This document shows, piece after piece, positions 8,994-18,365 of a stretch of 24,638 nucleotides of DNA (its first letter is position 1; each line of letters starts with the position of its first letter). Position numbers and translations under genes: made by a program. The notes below the pieces were generated by a model, which saw nothing but the letters and a program-made list of their open reading frames with translations, ran no database searches and was not told the DNA's origin. The stretch is from an uncultured Gemmatimonadales bacterium (GTDB lineage Bacteria > Gemmatimonadota > Gemmatimonadetes > Gemmatimonadales > GWC2-71-9): assembly GCA_963825055.1 (NCBI GenBank), contig CAWGSK010000019.1, forward strand, positions 1-24,638. Direction: 5' to 3'.

Positions 8994-9637
8994 CGACCAA
9001 CGGCCTTCTCCACCATATCCTTTACCACGCCCATCTCATCGGCGTTGATCGTATGGCCCATGCCACGATAGATCCTCGTGGTGACCGGGGCTCCCATGCC
9101 GGCGAGCACGCGATCCGTTTCGTGGACCCGGTCCTCCGGGATGTGTGGGTCGTGGTCGCTGCAACCCAGGAAGACAGGCGTACCGGCGAGGGATCCGTCG
9201 TAGTCACGAGGGGTCTCCGGCGGACCGATGAGGCCACCGCTCAACCCGGCAACGCCCCCATAGCGGCGGGGGCGCCGGGCGGCGAACTCCAGTGAGAGGC
9301 ATGCGCCCTGACTGAATCCGAGCAGCACGACATGAGCGGGCGGGATACCGTCCCCGGCCAGCCCCTCGATGACCGAGTCCAGCAGCGCGATCCCGGACGT
9401 GATCCCGGGCTCGTTGTCGGCGATGGGAGCGAGGAAGCTCGAGGGATACCAGGTGTGATTGCGGGCCTGGGGGGCAAGCCATGCGACGTCGGGCACGCTG
9501 AGGAGCCGCGCCAGGTCGAACATGCCGGCGGCGTCGGCCCCGCGACCGTGCACCAGGACCAGTGCGGCACGAGCCTGCTTCGCGGGTGCGCCGCCCGTCA
9601 GGACCGGCTGCCCGGTATGGGAAAGTGAGTCTGGCAC
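8990..9637 (-). CDS. Phospholipase/carboxylesterase (alpha/beta hydrolase, YpfH/MhqD-like)
   Basis: VHGRG oxyanion motif, GFSQG nucleophile elbow, DPHIP Asp and MGHTI His. The stop overlaps the convergent MFS stop by 4 bp. Confidence 0.9.
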   Translation of the reverse strand: MPDSLSHTGQPVLTGGAPAKQARAALVLVHGRGADAAGMFDLARLLSVPDVAWLAPQARNHTWYPSSFLAPIADNEPGITSGIALLDSVIEGLAGDGIPPAHVVLLGFSQGACLSLEFAARRPRRYGGVAGLSGGLIGPPETPRDYDGSLAGTPVFLGCSDHDPHIPEDRVHETDRVLAGMGAPVTTRIYRGMGHTINADEMGVVKDMVEKAVGR

Positions 9638-9689
9638 GGTTAACCGTTCTCGTCAGCCGTGAGTCGACGGTGCCCACCCGCCCTGTTCA

Positions 9690-11357
9690 TCACCCCTTCA
9701 CCAGCTTCACCAGCTGCTTACGAAGCGGCTCGATGGACCGCTCCGGGGCCGGGGTGCCCAGACGGGCCAGGGCGGCCCGGTCGGTTCCGTAGACATCGGG
9801 GCGGAAGTGCACCTTCCCGCCTTCGGTGTAGGCCGTGAGGTAGAGCAGGTACACCGGAAGCCCATGTTCCAGCTTCACCACCTTCGTGACCGTGTCGTTC
9901 ATCGCGTCGCGGATCCTGTCCTCGTTCCAGCCGCCCAGGGGCCCGAGGACGTACTTCGCAAAGGCGACGGGATCCTCCAGCCGCACGCACCCGTGGCTCG
10001 CGGCCCGGTTGATGCGCTTGAACGTAGCCTGCGTCGGCGTGTCGTGCATATAGATCGCGAAGCGATTCGGGAACAGGAACTTCACCTTGCCCAGCGCATT
10101 GCCATCGCCCCCCGGCTGCCGGATGCGATAACGGAAGTCCGCGGTGTCGGCTTTCCAGTCCACGTCCTCCGGGTTCACGACGCGATCGGGGTGATCCGGA
10201 TCCACCACCTCATAGCCGCGCTGCTGGAGGTAGCCCGGTGACTCGCGCACCTCGGGAATGATCTCCTGGGTGGTGATGTCACGGGGGATGTTCCAGTCCG
10301 GATGAAAAACCACCTCGCTCATCGTGTCGGCAAAGACCGGGGTGGCATTCTCGTAGTCCTTGCCCACCACCACCTTCATGGTGAGCCGTTCCTTCCCCCC
10401 GTCGAACGCATGCAGTTCGTACTCGGGGATGTTCACCAGGACGTATCGCGGCCCGAAGTCGTTAGGGACCCAGCGGAGCCGGTCGAGGTTGAGCTCGATC
10501 TGCCGGATGCGATGTTCAACCGGGACGTTGAGCTCGGCGAGCGTCTGGCGATCCACCCCCGGGTCCGTTGCCAGTCCGTGGCGGGCCCGGAAGCGGTTCA
10601 CGGCCTCCTGCAGACCATCATCCAGGCTGGCGGGACCATCCACGTCCGAGGAATCGAGGTCACCGGAAGCGGCGAGGCGTTGACGGAGCCGCAGGAGCCG
10701 ATCGCCGGTGGCGCCGGGCTTCAGGGCACCCGAACCAACCTCCGGCCAGCCCCCCGCGTCCGCCGTCGCCCGGTAGCGCTTGAGCGCCGCACGGAGCGAC
10801 TGGTACTGCTCCTGGCGCGGTCTCAGATTGTCCATCATGCCACTGAAGTCGTCATCATCGAGCGCGGCAAGGAGGGCGCTGTCCGCGGCCTGCCGGCGGG
10901 TCGTCACATACCAGCCCCGGTTCACGACGTTGGGATCCAGCCGGCCCGCCATCATGTCGTGCCCGTACTGGAGATACAGGGTGGTGAAACGGATCTCCAG
11001 TCGTGCCAGCGCTGCGGGAGTCCTGCCGCTGTCCGCGTCGATCGCGCTCAGGGCGGACTGAAGGCCGCCCAGGTCATACTCACTCAGGCGGAAGCCTTCC
11101 TGTTCCGCCGTGGCGACAGCCTCGACCAGGTCACGCGCCCGACCGTTCGGTGAATCCCCCTTGAGCCAGATCGGATCATTGTCCCGGGCCGCGTAAAGAT
11201 CCTGCACCGTCTTCCAGCGGACGTCACGCACGTAATCCGGCGGGTTCTTTGCCCCGGTCAGGGCAGCGAGAGACTGATGAATCTCCTTATCGGGAACCCC
11301 GCCACAGGCCGCGAGCATGACGAGAAGGACATAGGCAAGCCGACGAATCAGGGACAT
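9690..11357 (-). CDS. Murein L,D-transpeptidase, YcbB/LdtD-like lipoprotein
   Basis: Lipobox LAA-C after MSLIRR. Scaffold domain, PG-binding domain (LQEAVNRFRARHGL) and YkuD domain (LVNIPEY, HPDWNIP, NALGKVKFLFPN, YMHDTP...SHGCVRL). GGAG RBS precedes ATG 11357. Confidence 0.92.
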   Translation of the reverse strand: MSLIRRLAYVLLVMLAACGGVPDKEIHQSLAALTGAKNPPDYVRDVRWKTVQDLYAARDNDPIWLKGDSPNGRARDLVEAVATAEQEGFRLSEYDLGGLQSALSAIDADSGRTPAALARLEIRFTTLYLQYGHDMMAGRLDPNVVNRGWYVTTRRQAADSALLAALDDDDFSGMMDNLRPRQEQYQSLRAALKRYRATADAGGWPEVGSGALKPGATGDRLLRLRQRLAASGDLDSSDVDGPASLDDGLQEAVNRFRARHGLATDPGVDRQTLAELNVPVEHRIRQIELNLDRLRWVPNDFGPRYVLVNIPEYELHAFDGGKERLTMKVVVGKDYENATPVFADTMSEVVFHPDWNIPRDITTQEIIPEVRESPGYLQQRGYEVVDPDHPDRVVNPEDVDWKADTADFRYRIRQPGGDGNALGKVKFLFPNRFAIYMHDTPTQATFKRINRAASHGCVRLEDPVAFAKYVLGPLGGWNEDRIRDAMNDTVTKVVKLEHGLPVYLLYLTAYTEGGKVHFRPDVYGTDRAALARLGTPAPERSIEPLRKQLVKLVKG

Positions 11358-11379
11358 GCGCACTCCGGGCAGAATGGCG

Positions 11380-11408
11380 ACGGCGCCCCCCGCGCAGGGG
11401 GACGCCGT
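11380..11408 (-). other. 12-bp GC-rich stem-loop between the ypfJ-like and L,D-transpeptidase genes
   Basis: Minus strand reads ACGGCGTCCCCC-TGCGC-GGGGGGCGCCGT with one G-U pair and no U-tract. Confidence 0.6.
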
Positions 11409-11475
11409 TCGAGTGATTCCTGTTCTGCCAAGGTACGGGACGCCGCGCGCAGACGACGTGCCGCGGGTCACAACG

Positions 11476-12312
11476 TCAGGGGTTGCCCCCGGAGGTGTCA
11501 CAGTCCGCGGGCTGGCCCGCCGCGTAGCCGCGCCGGAACCACTCGGCGCGCTGGGCGGCAGTGCCGTGGGTAAACCCGTCGGGATTCACCCGCTGGCCCG
11601 ACATGCGCTGGATGCGGTCATCTCCCACGGCGGCGGCGGCGCGAATGCCCTCCTCGAGGTCGCCCTGCTCAAGGATCCCGCGTTCCCCGGCCCAGTGGCC
11701 CCAGACGCCGGCATAGCAGTCGGCCTGAAGCTCAAACGCCACCGACAGCTGGTTGGCCTGGCCGGGCCGCTGGCGCTGGGCGCTCCGCATGGCCTGCTCC
11801 TCGCCCAGCTCGTCCTGCACGTGGTGCCCGATCTCGTGGGCCAGGACGTAGGCCTGCGCGAAGTCACCGGGGGCGCCGAACCGCTCCCGGAGTTCGTCAT
11901 AGAAGCCCAGGTCGATGTAGACCTTCTCATCGCCCGGGCAGTAAAACGGGCCTGCCGCCGTCTGGGCGGTGCCGCAGGAGCTGGGCCAGGCGTCGGTGTA
12001 GAGGACGAGGGTGGCGTGGGAGTATGATCGTCCCAACTGCTGGAAGATCCGTTCCCAGGTGGACTGGATGTCGTCCAGGGTGAACGACATGAACTGGGAG
12101 GCTTCGTCCCCGGCCTGGGGGCTGACCTGGTTCGTCGTGACGGGTGACCCCGTGCCGGCATCGCCGAGCAGCGAAAAGAAGTCGCGCTTGAACACGACGC
12201 TCAGGATGAGGAGGATGACCATGCCGCCCAGCCCCAGGCGCATGCCGCCGCCGAACCGGCTGCCTCGACGGTCTTCGAGGTCACTGCTCTGCCTGCCGGG
12301 TGTCCAGCGCAT
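11476..12312 (-). CDS. Neutral zinc metallopeptidase, YpfJ (Zn_peptidase) family
   Basis: MRW...SSDLEDRRG N-terminus with a TM segment, GPFYCPGDEKVYIDLGF, YVLAHEIGHHVQ (HExxH), ELQADCYAG and FTHGTAAQR. AGGAG RBS precedes ATG 12312. Confidence 0.93.
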   Translation of the reverse strand: MRWTPGRQSSDLEDRRGSRFGGGMRLGLGGMVILLILSVVFKRDFFSLLGDAGTGSPVTTNQVSPQAGDEASQFMSFTLDDIQSTWERIFQQLGRSYSHATLVLYTDAWPSSCGTAQTAAGPFYCPGDEKVYIDLGFYDELRERFGAPGDFAQAYVLAHEIGHHVQDELGEEQAMRSAQRQRPGQANQLSVAFELQADCYAGVWGHWAGERGILEQGDLEEGIRAAAAVGDDRIQRMSGQRVNPDGFTHGTAAQRAEWFRRGYAAGQPADCDTSGGNP

Positions 12313-12343
12313 CGTTCGGTCTCCTGCGGAGGGGGTCGCCGGC

Positions 12344-12372
12344 ACGATACCGCCTGCCGTCTCTGGCGGGAA
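12344..12372 (-). promoter_or_regulatory. Possible sigma70-type promoter TTCCCG-N17-TATCGT for the ypfJ-like gene
   Basis: Correct 17-bp spacing in the padR-ypfJ intergenic region; the -35 match is weak. Confidence 0.35.
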
Positions 12373-12381
12373 GGACGTGCG

Positions 12382-12729
12382 TCACCTCTCTCCGGCCCAG
12401 AGGGCGCGCGGGTAGCCGTGTGTGAGGGCGCGGTCCACCGCCTCGACATACAGCTTCCAGGCGTGCGCGCCCTGGCGGAGCCGGGCCCGGCCCGCCGGGG
12501 TGAGCTGATAGAAGCGGGCCCGGCGGTTGGCTTCACTGCGTCCCCACTCGGACTCGATGAGGCCTCGGCGTTCCAGCCGGTGGAGCGCGGGATAGAGCGA
12601 GCCCTCCTCCAGCGGGAAGGCATTCACCGTGACCAGCCTGATCCATTCACCCACGCCGGCCCCGTGCGTGGGTTCCCAGCTAAGTGCCTTGAGGATAAGA
12701 AGATCGAGCGTTCCAGGGAGCAGTTCCAT
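12382..12729 (-). CDS. PadR-family transcriptional regulator (acidobacterial subtype)
   Basis: [15 protein letters not shown]...[37 protein letters not shown]. Confidence 0.93.
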   Translation of the reverse strand: MELLPGTLDLLILKALSWEPTHGAGVGEWIRLVTVNAFPLEEGSLYPALHRLERRGLIESEWGRSEANRRARFYQLTPAGRARLRQGAHAWKLYVEAVDRALTHGYPRALWAGER

Positions 12730-12767
12730 GTGCCAAGAATAGCACGTTTTCCCTAGCAGCTCTAGGG
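12730..12767 (-). promoter_or_regulatory. Leaderless extended -10 promoter (TGcTATTCT-6 nt-ATG) with palindromic operator CCCTAG-N5-CTAGGG over the -35 region
   Basis: Perfect inverted repeat at 12751-12767 and extended -10 at 12736-12744 on the minus strand. Confidence 0.65.
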
Positions 12768-12790
12768 GTGCGGCTGGACGGCGCAGGGCG

Positions 12791-12805
12791 TGGTCCGTAC
12801 TGTGC
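12791..12805 (+). promoter_or_regulatory. Possible sigma54 (-24/-12) promoter for glutamine synthetase
   Basis: TGGtcCGtactgTGC has exact GG-N10-GC spacing and matches 8 of 11 defined positions of TGGCACG-N4-TTGC. Confidence 0.35.
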
Positions 12806-12826
12806 GGCCTTCAGGGTCGAAGGTCG

Positions 12827-12875
12827 AACGACTCAACGACTCGACGGTTCATCGAACCGATACCCGATACCCGAG
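12827..12875 (+). repeat. AACGACTC x2 followed by ACCCGAT-like x3 before the GS start codon
   Basis: Same unit order as the block at 7514-7568. Confidence 0.85.
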
Positions 12876-12881
12876 AGCCCC

Positions 12882-15056
<2,175 letters not shown>

Positions 15057-15135
15057 GGCGGACGGGCGGGCAGAGCTGAGCGGTTGAGTCGTTGAGTCGT
15101 TGGTCGCGCTGCGTTCTGCGATTCAACGATTCAAC
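15057..15135 (+). repeat. GGCGGAC-like units after the stop, then inverted AACGACTC-family arrays forming a 17-bp hairpin
   Basis: GTTGAGTCGTTGAGTCG (15083-15099) pairs with CGATTCAACGATTCAAC (15119-15135) via two G-U pairs. Confidence 0.8.
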
Positions 15136-15186
15136 GTCTTCGGGCTAGATTCCTCGTCGCACTTGTAACGGGAAGAGTGGACAGGG

Positions 15187-16767
15187 ATGGGGCGACACGC
15201 ACTGGCCCAGAAATGGAAAGTGCTCATTTGCGTGGTGTTCGGGATCTTCATGGCGATCCTGGACACCACGGCCGTGAACGTCGCCTTCCCGACCCTGCGC
15301 GCGGAGTACGGCGCGACCCTCGCCCATGCCCAGTGGATCGTCAGCGTCTACGTGCTGATCCTCGGCATGACGACCCCGGTCGCGGGATACCTCGCCGACC
15401 GCTTCGGCATCAAGCGCATGTACATGGCCGGACTCGGGGTGTTCGTCCTCGGCTCGGCACTGTCGGGCCTGGCCCCCTCACTCTGGCTTCTTATCCTCGC
15501 CCGCGGGCTGCAGGGCATGGGCGGTGGCATGGCCCTGCCGCTCGGCAGCGCCCAGCTCTTCAATGCCTTCCCGCCGGACGAACGGGGGAAGGCGTTTGGG
15601 ATTTTCGGGGTGGCGCTCCTGGTGGCCCCGGCCCTCGGGCCCATCGTGGGCGGCGCGCTGGTGGTGCATGGCCTCTGGCGCTGGATCTTCTTCATCAATG
15701 TCCCGATCGGCATTCTCGGCGTGACCCTGGCCCGACGATGGCTCCGGCCGACGGAGTACGAGGGGATTCCCCACCTCGACCGACTGGGCCTGCTCGCGGC
15801 CGCGCTTGGGTTCGGGGGGATGCTTTTCGGAGCCAGCCTTGCCGATGCGCGCGGCTGGACCTCGCCTACGGTGCTCGCGGGATTCGCCGTCGGAGTGCTC
15901 GGACAGGTGGCCTTCATTTTCATCGAGCTTCGCGTGGCGCACGACCCGCTGCTCGACCTGCGCCTCTACCGGAACCGCACCTTCCTGGTGGCAACCCTGG
16001 TGGGGTATGCCACGGTCCTGTCGCTGTTCGGGGCGGAGTTCCTTCTGCCGATCTATCTCCAGTCCCTCCGCGGACTGACCGCGCTCGAGACGGGGATGCT
16101 TCTCCTGCCCCTGGCCGTGACCGCCGCGATCGTGACGCCAGTGGCCGGACGGATCTATGACCGAGTCGGGCCGCGAGCCCTGGTGGTGGTGGGCTTCGCC
16201 GTCCTGGTGGTCAATACCTGGCAACTCTCGCGGCTGGATGCCTCCACCACCGCCGCGTGGATCGTATTCCTGATGGTGCTTCGTGGGTTCGCGCTCGGCT
16301 GCACGGTCCAGACCACGTTCACGACCGCGCTGGGTGCCGTGCCGCGGGCCCGGATGGCGCGCGGCACCTCGCTGGTCCAGTCCACCCGGTACGTGGTACA
16401 GGCCATCGGCGTGGCCGTATTCGCCACCGTGGTGGCGAGCACCATATCGGCCGACGTCCGGCGCGCAGACGCGGCGCACCCGGCCGCGGCGGTAAGCGTG
16501 CGGGACAGCGCTGCGATCTGTGTGGCGGGTGACGGCAGCGCGCTGCCGGTGGGCCCCGGAGGCCGGCTGCGACCAGGGGCGGCGCGAGATGTCGAGCCGG
16601 AGGCCGTGCGGGGTTGCAGCGAACACCTGAAGGGATTCGAACTGGCCTACCTGATCACGTTCGGGATCGCCCTGGTGGCCCTGCTGATCGGTGCACTGCT
16701 GCCCGGGTGGCCGTTCGGGTGGTCAGGCCGGACGGCGCTGGAGCCGGGGATAGAGGCGGTGACGTAG
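15187..16767 (+). CDS. MFS transporter, DHA2 EmrB/QacA family
   Basis: FMAILDTTAVNVAFP, QWIVSVYVL, GYLADRFGIKR, RGLQGMGGG, APALGPIVGG..WRWIFFINVPIG and PLLDLRLYRNRTF. Confidence 0.94.
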   Translation: MGRHALAQKWKVLICVVFGIFMAILDTTAVNVAFPTLRAEYGATLAHAQWIVSVYVLILGMTTPVAGYLADRFGIKRMYMAGLGVFVLGSALSGLAPSLWLLILARGLQGMGGGMALPLGSAQLFNAFPPDERGKAFGIFGVALLVAPALGPIVGGALVVHGLWRWIFFINVPIGILGVTLARRWLRPTEYEGIPHLDRLGLLAAALGFGGMLFGASLADARGWTSPTVLAGFAVGVLGQVAFIFIELRVAHDPLLDLRLYRNRTFLVATLVGYATVLSLFGAEFLLPIYLQSLRGLTALETGMLLLPLAVTAAIVTPVAGRIYDRVGPRALVVVGFAVLVVNTWQLSRLDASTTAAWIVFLMVLRGFALGCTVQTTFTTALGAVPRARMARGTSLVQSTRYVVQAIGVAVFATVVASTISADVRRADAAHPAAAVSVRDSAAICVAGDGSALPVGPGGRLRPGAARDVEPEAVRGCSEHLKGFELAYLITFGIALVALLIGALLPGWPFGWSGRTALEPGIEAVT

Positions 16768-16823
16768 GGTCGAATCGGGAGTCGGAGCGGTAACGGACAG
16801 GGAACCGGGAAGAGAGGAGAGGA

Positions 16824-17327
16824 ATGCGGAAAGGTATTATCGCTGCGCTCGTCATCCTGCTGTCTTTTGCGGGGTGTTCCAAGGCGCGCACTGGCACCGA
16901 TCAGGCCGATTCGGCACCGAGGGGCGAAACGGGGTTGGATGCTGCCAAAGCACGCGGGATACTGGAGGAATACTATTCCGCGATCAATGCGGGAGATTAT
17001 CGACGTGCGTTCCTGCTCTGGGGAGACAGTGGCCGGTCGAGTCACCAGACATTCGAGGATTTCCGGTCGGGCTATGCCCACACGGTACACGTCGACTTGG
17101 AGGTAGGGCCGGCCGGCCGTATCGAGGGGGCCGCCGGTTCCCGTTTCGTGGAGATCCCGGTAGCCATAGTGGCTACCGCCGACAGTGGAATGACCCAGCG
17201 GTTCGAGGGCACGTACACGCTGAGACGGGTGGTGGTTGATGGTGCTTCCGAGGCCCAGCGACGCTGGCATCTCAACTCTGCCAGCCTGCACTCGGCCCCT
17301 CCCGTCAACTCGAACGCTACGCCATAA
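16824..17327 (+). CDS. Hypothetical lipoprotein (NTF2-like fold suspected)
   Basis: Strong AGGAGAGGA RBS and lipobox FAG-C. Motifs YYSAINAGDYRRAFLLW and IEGAAGSRFVEIPV. Confidence 0.75.
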   Translation: MRKGIIAALVILLSFAGCSKARTGTDQADSAPRGETGLDAAKARGILEEYYSAINAGDYRRAFLLWGDSGRSSHQTFEDFRSGYAHTVHVDLEVGPAGRIEGAAGSRFVEIPVAIVATADSGMTQRFEGTYTLRRVVVDGASEAQRRWHLNSASLHSAPPVNSNATP

Positions 17328-17601
17328 CTTGCGCTGTCCGTGGGCCTGGTGTGGCAGCCCCGCATCGCTCCGAAATTTGTTGTGGCATCCGGGCTTCACC
17401 AGCCATCACGTTCCCGGCCGCAAGGGGGATCGGGATCACTGAATCCTCTTGCAGGGCATCATGCCAAGTCACGTATTCCGAATGAGTTGCTCGTGGTGCG
17501 CGACTCTGGCGCGCCGGTGTGCCCGGAAGATGCATGAGGGGAGGGGGTAATGCCGGCCGAACCGAGGTTCCGGCCGGGTCTCCTGATTCGAGAGGTGCTA
17601 T

Positions 17602-18282
17602 ATGTCGACCTATATGCGCATGCCGCTCCGCAGAGTGCATCCTTCGCTGCAACTCAGACTCCGGGTGCATGAGGCAGCTGGCTGGGAGGCGCTTGCGGAA
17701 GCCCACCGGTCCCAGGCATCAGAGTTTGCCAGGGTGCTGGGCACCGTGCTGTCGGCCGACGCCGCGCTGGCCAGTTATTTCCGCTTTGTGGCAGTGCCGG
17801 CGAAGATCCGGGACTGGGTGGAAACTGGCGCACTGCTCCGACTCGACCTCAATCAGGTTCCGTCCATTCCAGCACCGGAGGGCTGGCTTGCCGCGCTGCG
17901 CCATCGGGCCAGGATGCAGCAGGAAGCCGAGCGGATGGCACCGCTTGCGGCGGCACGAGCGGAACAGGCGCTGATCCGCGTGCATGTCGACAACGCCCTT
18001 GCCATCGAGGGATTCCTGCGCGAGGTCATGCCGTCGGCGGAGGCGATCGCCTGGTACCTCCGGACCTTCGCGCTCGCGGCCGGCACTGCCAGCGTGGTGT
18101 ACCAGGATGCACTGGCCCGGGTCGCTGAGCGAGACCTGCCGGATCCGATGGCGGAAGCGGCATTCCAGATGGCGATGCTGCCCGCACCGGAACCGGAGGC
18201 AGAGGCTGATGAAGCGACCACGACGCCCGCCGTGCGGTTCCTGCGGCTCTGGTCCCGCCCCGAGGTGTCCCGGGCCAGCTAG
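17602..18282 (+). CDS. Hypothetical helical protein with an internal two-fold duplication
   Basis: GAGGTG RBS precedes ATG 17602 (alternative starts 17614/17620). Two ~55-aa segments align without gaps. Confidence 0.75.
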   Translation: MSTYMRMPLRRVHPSLQLRLRVHEAAGWEALAEAHRSQASEFARVLGTVLSADAALASYFRFVAVPAKIRDWVETGALLRLDLNQVPSIPAPEGWLAALRHRARMQQEAERMAPLAAARAEQALIRVHVDNALAIEGFLREVMPSAEAIAWYLRTFALAAGTASVVYQDALARVAERDLPDPMAEAAFQMAMLPAPEPEAEADEATTTPAVRFLRLWSRPEVSRAS

Positions 18283-18291
18283 TCACCGCCC

Positions 18292-18344
18292 TTGACTTCG
18301 GTGGTTGTGGCGGGAAGAATCCGGCAGCATTCCGGTTCTTCCCG
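18292..18344 (+). promoter_or_regulatory. Sigma70-like promoter TTGACT-N17-AAGAAT overlapped by a 13-bp inverted repeat
   Basis: -35 at 18292-18297 and -10 at 18315-18320. CGGGAAGAA(T)CCGG-N7-CCGGTTCTTCCCG spans 18311-18344. Confidence 0.5.
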
Positions 18345-18365
18345 TCCTCCAGCGGAGCCTCCCCC

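Noticed and set aside
8990..9637. mhq-type hydroquinone detoxification operon
   Set aside because: The esterase resembles that family, but no ring-cleaving dioxygenase/glyoxalase gene is adjacent.
17450..17522. Sigma54-like elements TGGCATGATGCCCTGC (minus) and TGGCGCGCCGGTGTGC (plus)
   Set aside because: Both have GG-N11-GC spacing, whereas sigma54 requires N10.
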